IMG/VR virus record: IMGVR_UViG_3300031760_000003
Coordinates: 101,480 to 165,479 of that record
Length of the DNA: 64,000 bases
Direction: 5' to 3' (one strand)
Origin: a virus
Lineage: Duplodnaviria; Caudoviricetes
Both the position numbers and the translations under genes were made by a program. The notes under the pieces were generated by a model. That model was given only the letters and a program-made list of their open reading frames with translations, made no database searches and was not told the origin of the DNA. Below, piece by piece: positions 1 to 9,293 of this stretch (the stretch's first letter is position 1; the number at the start of each line of letters is the position of its first letter).

Positions 1-59
1 ACTCTGGTGCAGCCAACAACAACAACGCTTCCAATGCTAATGGGATAGCGCCCACGTGA
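1..59 (+). mobile_element. DGR template repeat (TR), 3' part; truncated by the window start
   Basis: tct ggt gca gcc aac aac aac aac gct tcc aat gct aat ggg ata gcg ccc reads SGAANNNNASNANGIAP. This AAC/AAT-rich run ending in GxxP, directly upstream of an RT, is typical of C-type-lectin DGR TRs. Confidence 0.85.
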
Positions 60-340
60 TTGTTATTATTAATTAAATATTTAAAATCTTAACTGAGCCT
101 TTTGAGTGAAAGGAGTAAGATATTTTTAATATAGATTTTATAAACTTTAATAAATAACAAGGAGTTTAAAATCCAGCTCTTAATAAAAATAAGACGAATC
201 TATATTTCTATTTTAAAGGGCGGACGCTTCTTGCATGGCATAATTTTATTAAGTTATTTATGTTTCATGTCCTTTAATAATATGACAGTGAATTAAACTT
301 AATATTTTATCTGCATAGAAATATTTTTAAAGAAGGTGTG
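60..340 (+). ncRNA. Structured DGR spacer RNA between TR and RT
   Basis: Inverted repeats ttgttatt(60-67)/aataacaa(153-160), atatttcta(202-210)/tagaaatat(316-324) and ttaaagggc/gtcctttaa. No ORF. Confidence 0.55.
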
Positions 341-344
341 ATTA

Positions 345-1517
345 ATGACTAGTTTAGAAAGAAAAGAATATAGATATCAAAGAAGAAAAGCTAAAAGGGA
401 GAAGAAAAAAGAAGAATTTTTAAAATCTTTACCTAATTATAATGAAATTTTTTCTTTTGAAAATTTATGGGATTCTTTTTGGCTATGTCGTAAAGAAGTA
501 AGTTGGAAACCTAGTTTACAAATATATCAACAAAATTTATCTTCTGAAATAGTTAAATTAAGAGAAATTTTATTTTCAGAAGAGGGATTTAAAACTGATG
601 GTTTTATTGAATTTAATATTTGTGAACGAGGTAAAATGAGACATATTAAATCAGTTAATATTAAAGAACGAGTAGTTCAAAAATGTTTTTGTGATTATTA
701 TTTAGTGCCTCTACTTACTCATAATTTAATTTATGATAATGGAGCTAGTTTAAAAAATAAAGGAATTGATTTTACTTTAAAAAGATTACAATTACATCTA
801 AAAAATTTTTATAAGAAATATAAAAATAATAAAGGATATATATTATTATATGATTTTTCTAACTTTTTTGGAAATATAAATCATAATATTTTATATAGAA
901 TGATAGACCCTTTAATACTTGATGATAGAAGTCGAAAGTTATTTCACCATTTAGTCGACGCATTTGGCGATGTTGGATTAGGATTAGGTAGCCAAATATC
1001 CCAAGTATCTGCAATAGCTTTTCCAAATAAAATAGACCATTATTTTGAAAATTGTCCTTATGTTGAAGATTATGCAAGATATATGGATGATGGATATATG
1101 ATTATTAAAGAAAAGAAAAATATTAATAATTGTTTAAAAATTTTATTTGAAAAAGCTAATGAATTAAAAATTATTATTAATTTTAAAAAGATTAAAATTT
1201 TAAAATTAAGCAAAGTATTTACTTTTCTTAAAAAGCATTTTTATTTGTCTAATTCAGGGCAACGTATTATTAAATTAAAAAGAAAAAGTATCTTTCAACA
1301 TAGAAAAAGAATTATTAAATTAATTCCTATGGTTAATAAAAAATTATTAAAATGGGAAGATTTAATTAATTCTCATAAATCTTGGTTAGGACAAATTAAA
1401 ATATATAAGAATTGGAAATCTATTAATAATATAGATTTACAGATAAGGAGGATATTAAAGGATGGATACAACAACACAGATATATCAAGCAATAAATGCT
1501 ATATCGCAACGAGTTAA
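345..1517 (+). CDS. DGR-type reverse transcriptase
   Basis: RT motifs KERVVQK, YDFSNFFGNI, GLGLGSQISQ (DGR-type SQ motif) and YARYMDD. Basic N-terminus. TR lies upstream. Confidence 0.92.
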   Translation: MTSLERKEYRYQRRKAKREKKKEEFLKSLPNYNEIFSFENLWDSFWLCRKEVSWKPSLQIYQQNLSSEIVKLREILFSEEGFKTDGFIEFNICERGKMRHIKSVNIKERVVQKCFCDYYLVPLLTHNLIYDNGASLKNKGIDFTLKRLQLHLKNFYKKYKNNKGYILLYDFSNFFGNINHNILYRMIDPLILDDRSRKLFHHLVDAFGDVGLGLGSQISQVSAIAFPNKIDHYFENCPYVEDYARYMDDGYMIIKEKKNINNCLKILFEKANELKIIINFKKIKILKLSKVFTFLKKHFYLSNSGQRIIKLKRKSIFQHRKRIIKLIPMVNKKLLKWEDLINSHKSWLGQIKIYKNWKSINNIDLQIRRILKDGYNNTDISSNKCYIATS

Positions 1518-1650
1518 TGAAGTTAATGCTAGATTAGATCAGGTAATGAGAGTTTTATCTGAAACTAATGCAGCTAATATAGATTATATTGCTATGATGA
1601 GTGATATTAATATACCTTCAGAGAAGGAGGATATTGAAAATGCACAGTAA
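1462..1650 (+). CDS. Small tail-fibre-associated coiled-coil protein
   Basis: RBS aggagg. ANIDYIAMMSDI motif typical of genes preceding xkdX-like ORFs. Overlaps the RT 3' end. Confidence 0.7.
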   Translation: MDTTTQIYQAINAISQRVNEVNARLDQVMRVLSETNAANIDYIAMMSDINIPSEKEDIENAQ

Positions 1651-1777
1651 AAATTTTGAAAAAGTAAAAAGTTATTACGATAAAGGTTTATGGAATGAAG
1701 AAATGGTTAGAAATGCTGTAGTTAAAGGATGGATAACTGAAGAAGAATACAGAGAAATCGTAGGAGAAGAATATTAA
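1640..1777 (+). CDS. XkdX-family small protein (45 aa; not in ORF track)
   Basis: MHSKNFEKVKSYYDKGLWNEEMVRNAVVKGWITEEEYREIVGEEY; RBS aggagg. Confidence 0.85.
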   Translation: MHSKNFEKVKSYYDKGLWNEEMVRNAVVKGWITEEEYREIVGEEY

Positions 1778-1969
1778 ACTTTTATTATTTTAAATTTTAA
1801 TCTAGTTAGGTAAGAAATATACTTGCCTACACAATTAACAAATATTGATTATTTCTATCAGATTTAAATAATAAAAGATTTGTATTAATGTATAACAATA
1901 TATAATAATCTTATTACAAAAATATTACAAATTTAATATTTTTATAATAAAATTTTAGACAATAGAAAT

Positions 1970-2001
1970 GGGCAAGTTTAGAAAAATATCTAAACTTGCC
2001 C
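1970..2001. terminator. Perfect 13-bp hairpin, probable terminator
   Basis: gggcaagtttaga-aaaata-tctaaacttgccc. Confidence 0.6.
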
Positions 2002-2070
2002 TATATACGAAACTTCCAGAAAGGAAGAGTATATCGTATTAAAAAAATATTTTTTATTTTTTACAATTTA

Positions 2071-2099
2071 ATCATACAAAAAATTTTATAAAAAGTCAA
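2071..2099 (-). promoter_or_regulatory. Leftward sigmaA-type promoter
   Basis: Minus strand reads TTGACT-17 nt-TATGAT. Confidence 0.55.
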
Positions 2100-2134
2100 A
2101 AATTTTAAAAGATTTTGATTCATCATCTTTTTCA

Positions 2135-2176
2135 TTGGACAAAAGAAACAAATAGTCATATTTTATTTTTTAAATA
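2135..2176 (+). promoter_or_regulatory. Putative phage-specific (late) promoter, class TTGGNC...+36 TAHATA
   Basis: ttggacaaaa at 2135 and taaata at 2171; the same spacing recurs at 8484, 19163, 28337 and 59358. Confidence 0.55.
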
Positions 2177-2214
2177 TATTATAATAGAAAAGAATAGAAG
2201 GAGGTTCTTTTGTA

Positions 2215-2877
2215 ATGGGAATAATTTATAAAAATGGTATCCCATATGGCGGAGGCGGTGATACTGAAGGTAGTGAAAGTTTCCTACTCGAAGACGTAGA
2301 ATTAAATTTTGTTAATAAAGTAGCTTCAATATCAGATAACAGAATCTCTGAAGAAACTTGTGTAACAGTTTATTATCAGGATGATAGTATAGAGGCGGCA
2401 AGAGCTGCTAATATAGAGGTAGAGACAACAGAAGGACATATTAATTTTTATGCTCAAACAAATCCTTACCAAACTATTATATGCAATATTCTTGCCGGAG
2501 CTTTTATTCAAAGTCCAGAGACATCTGCGGGAAACAGCGCTCTTCGTTCAGAAGGATTTGCCGTAGGAAAGCAAAATGGTGTTGAAGTAGATAGTGAATC
2601 TATTTACTATCACAACAATTCAAAATATTTTAAAGAACAAGCAGATTTATCTGCACAGAATGCAGAAAATAGTAAGAATGAGTCAGAGGCTTGGGCTGCT
2701 GGTACGATAAATGGTACAGATGTGCCGTCATCCGCAGACCAACATAATAATAATGCAAAATATTATTCAAAAGTGGCTCAAGGATGGGCGCAAACAGCTC
2801 TTGTAAATAAGGCATTAATTGCAGTAAACCCAGAAGATACATCAAATCTTAATATCTGGATTGAAGTTGATAATTAA
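2215..2877 (+). CDS. Tail fibre-associated structural protein
   Basis: Gly linker after a short N-terminal peptide; repeated SEAWA.G...Y.NNSKY motif seen in phage tail proteins; RBS aggagg. Confidence 0.6.
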   Translation: MGIIYKNGIPYGGGGDTEGSESFLLEDVELNFVNKVASISDNRISEETCVTVYYQDDSIEAARAANIEVETTEGHINFYAQTNPYQTIICNILAGAFIQSPETSAGNSALRSEGFAVGKQNGVEVDSESIYYHNNSKYFKEQADLSAQNAENSKNESEAWAAGTINGTDVPSSADQHNNNAKYYSKVAQGWAQTALVNKALIAVNPEDTSNLNIWIEVDN

Positions 2878-2892
2878 AAGGAGGTGTTATAA

Positions 2893-3729
2893 ATGTCTAC
2901 CTATTTAGTTATCAAAAATGGTACTGAAACTAAAAAATATAAGTGCGAATCAAGTGCTCCAAAACCTTATATACAAGTTTTAGATAAATGCTTACCTTTA
3001 ACGACTGTTACTAATACAGGTATGAATCTTAAAATAAAAGATAATAATAATAATATTTATATACCTACTGCTCAACAAACTATAACCACTAGTAGTGCTT
3101 ATATTAAATTAGATTTATTAAGTTATGACTCTGTCGCACTTACTTCTACTACCTATAATGGAACTTCAGCTAAAGGTGCATATACTTATTCATTTTCTGG
3201 CAGTACGGGAAATTCAGCTAATAGTATAAGTGCTTATGGAGAAAATTCTTATTTAAAAACTTTTACAAATATAAATAGCACATTATATGATGATTATGAG
3301 ATTTATTATACTAGCTACACAACTACAAATAATGGAACATTATCTAGTAGATCACATACTATATTTACAAGTGCTACTTCTTATTTATTTGCCTCAGTTG
3401 GCACTAGCTATACTAAAAATCATACACGCTATTCTTATAAGACTGGAACAATAAGTAATGCTATTTTAAAAAGAAGTGCTTATAAAACTCTTTCTAGTAA
3501 CCCGCTAAGAATTTATAGTACAGTAGAAGGATTATTATATACTACTAAAGGGAAAGGTTCTACAACTTCTTCGAGATCTACCACTTATTCTAGGACTTAT
3601 TGTACCAGCTGGTATATTATGACAGGTTGTTCAATTTGTCCGGCAACGTATAGCTATGCAACTTCTAGTGAGCAAAACTTTACTGCTGGATATTATGAAT
3701 CCTTAACTTATATGACTACATTAGAATAA
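2893..3729 (+). CDS. Ser/Thr/Tyr-rich putative tail fibre or virion protein
   Basis: Very high S/T/Y content; tail module context. Confidence 0.5.
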   Translation: MSTYLVIKNGTETKKYKCESSAPKPYIQVLDKCLPLTTVTNTGMNLKIKDNNNNIYIPTAQQTITTSSAYIKLDLLSYDSVALTSTTYNGTSAKGAYTYSFSGSTGNSANSISAYGENSYLKTFTNINSTLYDDYEIYYTSYTTTNNGTLSSRSHTIFTSATSYLFASVGTSYTKNHTRYSYKTGTISNAILKRSAYKTLSSNPLRIYSTVEGLLYTTKGKGSTTSSRSTTYSRTYCTSWYIMTGCSICPATYSYATSSEQNFTAGYYESLTYMTTLE

Positions 3730-3742
3730 AGGAAATAAACAA

Positions 3743-4984
3743 ATGGAGATAAAAGGAATTTCAGTTATATCTCCCATGTATGGAGATAGAAAAATAACAG
3801 ATAGAATGGTATTTTCAGTTATCCATCAATATATTAGTGAAGAAAATCCATTTAATATTCATCTTGTACTTGTAGATGATTACATTGAAGGGCGGCAAGG
3901 TGATGAAAGTTATTATAATTATTATTTATCGGATGAATTTAAAAAATTTTATAATACCGATAGAATTAAAATAGACATTATAAAAAACAAAGAGCATAAA
4001 TATCAAGGAGAAAGTAGGGAAATAGGTTTCCTTGCCGCAGATTATCCTTACTTTCTTCTTATTGATTGTGATGATATGCTTGCTCCCAATGCTTGCGATA
4101 GGTATTTGCATATCATAAATGAAGTTACAAGTGGAGAGAATCCTTCAAAACTTGCCTGTGTTTATGGTTTCGTTTATGGCTTTGACACAAAAGGGTATGA
4201 GCAAAAAATCATAGGCGAAAGTATTTGGGTACAAAGCAGATGTTTTAATAGAGATTTTATTAAAAAACATAGTATTCACTTCCCTACCGGTCTTAATTCA
4301 AAACAAGGAGAAGATTATCCTTTCATGCGGAAGTTCGATTACGCGCTTGCGCATGACAACGAATACTGTGCAGTAAAATTGCCGTATAATAATAATGAGG
4401 ATTGCCAATGTACAGCATATTGGTTTCCTAATGAGAAATCATTGTCAAGGATTGATCCCCATTATGGACAACATTTAAGCGGCTGGACTATGGCAAGTAG
4501 TAATGCGATTCTTGATTTCTTTGATGATTATAACAAAAAGCATGGATTCGAAGACCAAGAAGATGAATTTATGAAGCACGAATATCTCAATATGTGTATT
4601 TATGCTTTTTATAATTTACTCGACTTCTTAAAAGAGGTTTCAAGTACAGACTATAAACCTATTGAAGAAGATTGGTATGCCCTAAGAGATAATGTCAAAA
4701 AATTAAGACAAAGACTTAAAAATAAATATTGGAATGAGATAGTTTATTCCGATATTGAAGATATGCTTTACCAAGTTAAACATTTTTCTGATTGCAAATT
4801 TACAGAATGTTGGTTTGGTAATTTTTATGATTATATGAACACAAATTATTGTGAAACAATATTTAATTTTAATTATGAACAAATGATTAAATATTGTAAA
4901 ACATTAGAATTTGATGGTGCAGGTCATGAAGTTCATTCGCCTCAAGTAAAAGCTTGGGCGGAAAGGCACTCTGCCGCCATCTAA
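3743..4984 (+). CDS. Glycosyltransferase family 2 (GT-A fold)
   Basis: ISVISPMY, LVLVDD, SREIG, LLIDCDD (DxD) and GED motifs. Confidence 0.85.
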   Translation: MEIKGISVISPMYGDRKITDRMVFSVIHQYISEENPFNIHLVLVDDYIEGRQGDESYYNYYLSDEFKKFYNTDRIKIDIIKNKEHKYQGESREIGFLAADYPYFLLIDCDDMLAPNACDRYLHIINEVTSGENPSKLACVYGFVYGFDTKGYEQKIIGESIWVQSRCFNRDFIKKHSIHFPTGLNSKQGEDYPFMRKFDYALAHDNEYCAVKLPYNNNEDCQCTAYWFPNEKSLSRIDPHYGQHLSGWTMASSNAILDFFDDYNKKHGFEDQEDEFMKHEYLNMCIYAFYNLLDFLKEVSSTDYKPIEEDWYALRDNVKKLRQRLKNKYWNEIVYSDIEDMLYQVKHFSDCKFTECWFGNFYDYMNTNYCETIFNFNYEQMIKYCKTLEFDGAGHEVHSPQVKAWAERHSAAI

Positions 4985-5002
4985 AAGAAAGGAGCGGAAA
5001 AA

Positions 5003-7798
5003 GTGAGAGGTATAACTAATTTACATCCTTCAGATATTGAATGTAAATTATTTGAAGGAACTGAATCTACAGATTATACACCTTATCAAAAGAACTATAT
5101 CAATCCTGTTACGGAGATATATGGATGCTGTTCTAAAGAAAGTAACTATACGTTACCCGCAATAGATGATAATAGTTTAAAATGTGAAATTACAACTCAA
5201 AACATAGCAGAAGAACAGATCGCTTCATATGCGGGTTGTTGGCTTATTTCGGCAAGAAAAGATATGGACTTTACTGGTTCTGTAAGTAGTACCGCAAGTT
5301 CAACAACAACCATACAAAATAAATCTGCAACAATAACTCCAACATCTAGTTCAGGAACTTATTTAGATACAGATTTACCAAATTTAACTCATTTTAATAA
5401 GTATTATATTCTAATTGATTTATCAATAACTTCTGCAGGTTATGTATCATTTAGTGACTCGAAACCGGTTACTTTAAGTATTCAATATCCTAGCTCAGCA
5501 GAAGCAATACCTGTAGGAACATTTACAACATCTGCTTCTCTTGTTAAAAATCATCAAATAATTATTGAAGTTAATGATATTGAAACATATAAAAATTTAT
5601 TAAATAGTTTTACACTTAACTTCAGTTTTTATAGATCTACTTCAAGTTATAGTTATACTAGTTATATTCGCTATGAAATAAATCATTTAGAATTCTTTAG
5701 AACAGATAAAACTTCATTAGATTTAGAGGATGCTAATATTGTCATAGACTACGTTTTTGGCGGTGAAACAAAATTAACCTTTTATAGCTTATCACTTCCT
5801 AACTATGAATTAAATGGAATTAAGAACATATCAGAAAATGATGAATATAATTTATCAGATGGTATTAATAATTATCTCTGTGACGTATTAGATATCGATA
5901 AAAGCATTTTAATAAAATATATAGATCGTTTTACAAGAACTGTAACCAATGTTTTAACATACACTGTAAATATAGAAGATTCAGAGCCTAATTTAGATTT
6001 ATTAAGAACAAGAATCTATTTTGAAAATATGGATAGTATTCCATATAAAGTAGAAAGAGTATCTGAAAGTGAACTTATCATCACTTTTGAAGAGTCTTTC
6101 TCTGGAACTATAATTTTTACAGGCGCATTATTACAACCTTTAACTTTAGTTATTGATGCGGACGTAGCTGTTAGAAAAGTATCTGACTTCCTATCACCTG
6201 GTGCAACCTACAATATTAAATCTAATTTAGCATTAGAGTCAATAATTCCTAATACTATACAAGGTGATTTTAGTATAAGATCTTTTTACTCTGCCAGTAA
6301 GAACGTTAATGACATAAGAGGTGTTATTACTGGCGATTTTGCATTAGGAACAAAACAATCCTCTTATACAGATTTAGTAAATGAAACAAAAGAATTTGGT
6401 AAAAATTATGTTATTGTTAAAGATGCTCTCTATAATATATTACCAGAAAAAGGTAAAACAATTGAGAAATATAATGTAAATGATATTGTATCTTTAAATA
6501 ATTCTTTAGATGAATATATACAATTAAGAGGTATAGAAACATTTACAGATACTCTTTTAGAAAAATTATCAAAAATTAGCTTATATGGAAGTTTTGTAGT
6601 AAATAATGTAATGAATACAAGTTACTCACTTTCTTCAACAGATCATCATGATGGGGATATTATATTTAATGTAAACCCAGTGGTTAGATTAAAACTTTCA
6701 AAAGTATTAAACTCTTCTGACCTTTTGGTTTACTCAATAGTTAGTGAATTGTATGATAGTACCTGGAATACTGTAACTACACAAAAAATAGCTACAAACA
6801 CTGCTGCTATTGATTATTCACCAACAATAACTTATATGGGAGAAGGATTGTTTACCTATACAGTTGCAGGATATAATCATGATACTTATTATAGTACAGC
6901 AACAACTCTCAATACTTTAATAGTTAATCCAACAACTGCAGCTATTACTATTGGTACTGCTATTACAATAAAATCTGCTGATAATGCATCTGTTAATTAC
7001 ACTTATTGGACAGTACCGTCTATATATAATCCTTTCGCAGTGACCTATGTTTTTGAAAAAGATAACTACACTAATTGTGGTGATTATGGTTATCAACATA
7101 GTAGTACAGCATATACTTATCGTTCATTAATTTTTTATCCTTATTTAACTGCTATTTCCAATCTTCATTCTTCTGGAGATGGTAGTATCGGGACAACTTA
7201 TGAAACATACGTAAATAGTAGTGGAGACACTGTTTATAGTTATATAGGTAAAACATCTACTGACCTAGGGGCTTTTGGCTATATCGATTATGTATTTAAT
7301 AGTATTGAAAAAACTACAGGTGGATATAGACTTGTGGCTACAAATAGAGGTAATTCTATATTTCGATATGGTGCTATAACTTATTACGCACATACTTGGT
7401 CAAGTGGAACTATTGAAACTACATATGAAACAACTCGAAAAGGATATGTTATTACTAATTATTGTAATAACAAGAATGTCCCAGTTTCATTACAAATATA
7501 TGCAGGTTCTCAAGCTTCTGCAACGGCTGAGTGGATAACCACATTAGATATCCCATATACAGAATTATATGGAGATAACAAAAGATATGGTGTGCTATAT
7601 GCAGATGCAGGTCATATAGTTTTATTACCACGTAATACTACTACTAATTCTTATAATTTTAATGATATAACACAATTACTTACTTTAAAGGATGCTAAAA
7701 TTCTTCATTTTGATTTAACTGCTAAAAGATATCTTTTAGGTGTTTATACTGAGGATCAGTTGGCAGCAATAGGAAAGAAAATATTCCATTTAGAATAA
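5003..7798 (+). CDS. Large tail fibre / receptor-binding-like protein
   Basis: 931 aa, S/T-rich beta-type composition; followed by chaperone-like and XkdX-like genes. Confidence 0.55.
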   Translation: MRGITNLHPSDIECKLFEGTESTDYTPYQKNYINPVTEIYGCCSKESNYTLPAIDDNSLKCEITTQNIAEEQIASYAGCWLISARKDMDFTGSVSSTASSTTTIQNKSATITPTSSSGTYLDTDLPNLTHFNKYYILIDLSITSAGYVSFSDSKPVTLSIQYPSSAEAIPVGTFTTSASLVKNHQIIIEVNDIETYKNLLNSFTLNFSFYRSTSSYSYTSYIRYEINHLEFFRTDKTSLDLEDANIVIDYVFGGETKLTFYSLSLPNYELNGIKNISENDEYNLSDGINNYLCDVLDIDKSILIKYIDRFTRTVTNVLTYTVNIEDSEPNLDLLRTRIYFENMDSIPYKVERVSESELIITFEESFSGTIIFTGALLQPLTLVIDADVAVRKVSDFLSPGATYNIKSNLALESIIPNTIQGDFSIRSFYSASKNVNDIRGVITGDFALGTKQSSYTDLVNETKEFGKNYVIVKDALYNILPEKGKTIEKYNVNDIVSLNNSLDEYIQLRGIETFTDTLLEKLSKISLYGSFVVNNVMNTSYSLSSTDHHDGDIIFNVNPVVRLKLSKVLNSSDLLVYSIVSELYDSTWNTVTTQKIATNTAAIDYSPTITYMGEGLFTYTVAGYNHDTYYSTATTLNTLIVNPTTAAITIGTAITIKSADNASVNYTYWTVPSIYNPFAVTYVFEKDNYTNCGDYGYQHSSTAYTYRSLIFYPYLTAISNLHSSGDGSIGTTYETYVNSSGDTVYSYIGKTSTDLGAFGYIDYVFNSIEKTTGGYRLVATNRGNSIFRYGAITYYAHTWSSGTIETTYETTRKGYVITNYCNNKNVPVSLQIYAGSQASATAEWITTLDIPYTELYGDNKRYGVLYADAGHIVLLPRNTTTNSYNFNDITQLLTLKDAKILHFDLTAKRYLLGVYTEDQLAAIGKKIFHLE

Positions 7799-7812
7799 AA
7801 AAGGAGATAACA

Positions 7813-8217
7813 ATGCAATATATAATTTATGATAATGAAAGTGGTATTATTTGTTTCTTATCTGAAGAAATAGAAGAAATACCTGAAACAGTTTATTTTT
7901 TAGATAAAAGTAACAATATAAATTTTTCTCATAACGAATATTCTTATAAAGCAATGGATAAAATACCTCTTCATGTTTATCCTTATAATTACAAATATAA
8001 TAAAGATAAGGATATAATAGAGAGAATTATGTCTCCGCAAGAGATTATTAATGAAAGAAAAGCGATGCTCCATACAATGCATTATAAAGTAGACGCTCTT
8101 GAGAAAAATATTGGCTTAACAGAAGAAGCTATGGATGCTTTATGTGATTTATCTATCACTATGGAGGAAGTAGAAAATGCTCTGTGTGATTTATCAAAAG
8201 AAATAGAAGGAGAATAA
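7813..8217 (+). CDS. Tail fibre assembly/chaperone-like protein
   Basis: C-terminal coiled coil with ALCDLS repeat; sits right after a fibre gene. Confidence 0.55.
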   Translation: MQYIIYDNESGIICFLSEEIEEIPETVYFLDKSNNINFSHNEYSYKAMDKIPLHVYPYNYKYNKDKDIIERIMSPQEIINERKAMLHTMHYKVDALEKNIGLTEEAMDALCDLSITMEEVENALCDLSKEIEGE

Positions 8218-8221
8218 TATC

Positions 8222-8383
8222 ATGGCTAGACTTTGGAAAGATAGAATAATTGCGGGTGCTCGCACCTATGCGGAATGTCCATTGAGATATAAAGAAGCAG
8301 TTTTAGAACTTCTTCGTCTGGATGTAGAAAACAATAAAATTTCTAAAGAAAAGTTTGAAGAACTTACTAATATTCCTTATTAA
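8222..8383 (+). CDS. CD1375/XkdX-like small protein (53 aa; not in ORF track)
   Basis: MARLWKDRIIAGARTYAECPLRYKEAVLELLRLDVENNKISKEKFEELTNIPY; RBS aggag. Confidence 0.75.
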   Translation: MARLWKDRIIAGARTYAECPLRYKEAVLELLRLDVENNKISKEKFEELTNIPY

Positions 8384-8388
8384 TAAAA

Positions 8389-8420
8389 AAGGCAGATTTA
8401 GATTTTTCTAAATCTGCCTT
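8389..8420 (+). terminator. Hairpin terminator
   Basis: aaggcagatttaga-tttt-tctaaatctgcctt. Confidence 0.6.
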
Positions 8421-8446
8421 AAATTTTTCTTGACAAATTAAAAAAT

Positions 8447-8481
8447 GAGGGAGACTTTTATAGTCTCCCTCTTTTTTTTTT
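8447..8481 (+). terminator. Rho-independent terminator
   Basis: gagggagact-tttat-agtctccctc followed by a long T tract. Confidence 0.8.
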
Positions 8482-8558
8482 ATTTGGTCAAAAGTAAAGA
8501 AAAATGTTATAGCATTTTTTAAATTTATTATAAAAAGAAGAAAGGAATGTGATGTTTT

Positions 8559-9281
8559 ATGATATATTTCAGTCTTGGCGGCAGTGGCGGAGGCGGAAGT
8601 GGAAGCGATTTAATTACTAAGCTATTTACATATACAAATAACAGTATATCATCAACATTAATATTTAATAGTGCATTACCACTTAATGAAACTATAGCTT
8701 TATCAATGTTAGATTTTAAAAACTTACCGTCTAATATAAATTTAACTGAAATAACAAGAGAAACAAATAATAGTTTTAATATTTCATATACTATTACAAG
8801 CGGTACTTTCACGTTGCCAGAAACATTAGAAGCAACTATTTCAAAAAATCTTTTTGATAAAGATTACTTTAATCAAGATATTAATGAAAATAGTGCCTTT
8901 AATGATGTTAAAATTGAATTGGTAGTACCACAAGGAACTGCTTTAGGTCTAAGTAAAACAAAAGCAAATGACGAATGGGCTATTGGTGTATGGTGTGACA
9001 ATCTAAACGGTGGAAGTTTAGGTTATTATGGTCCAGTACTTATAGGATTAACACAAACTGCTGTTGATTATAACGATGGTTTTTATTTAACACAAGTTGA
9101 ATATGGAGGTGTTACTTACTATGCCAATAGTAATCGCTGGATTGGAGGAAGTAGCGCAAAACCAGAAGATTGTGAATTAGTTTATTCTACTTCAGATTTA
9201 TTTAATGATGGTAGGATAACTTCTGGATATGTCCTTGCAGATGTAGTAACAGCAGCATTAAACTATTATTTTGGATTTTAA
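8559..9281 (+). CDS. Putative tail/receptor-binding accessory protein
   Basis: MIYFSLGGSGGGGSG N-terminus; tail context. Confidence 0.5.
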   Translation: MIYFSLGGSGGGGSGSDLITKLFTYTNNSISSTLIFNSALPLNETIALSMLDFKNLPSNINLTEITRETNNSFNISYTITSGTFTLPETLEATISKNLFDKDYFNQDINENSAFNDVKIELVVPQGTALGLSKTKANDEWAIGVWCDNLNGGSLGYYGPVLIGLTQTAVDYNDGFYLTQVEYGGVTYYANSNRWIGGSSAKPEDCELVYSTSDLFNDGRITSGYVLADVVTAALNYYFGF

Positions 9282-9293
9282 AAGGAGGTAATA

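Noticed and set aside
345-1517. Group II intron, retron or Abi-type RT
   Set aside because: No intron domain V/VI or maturase/endonuclease domain; the SQ motif and AAC-rich TR indicate a DGR
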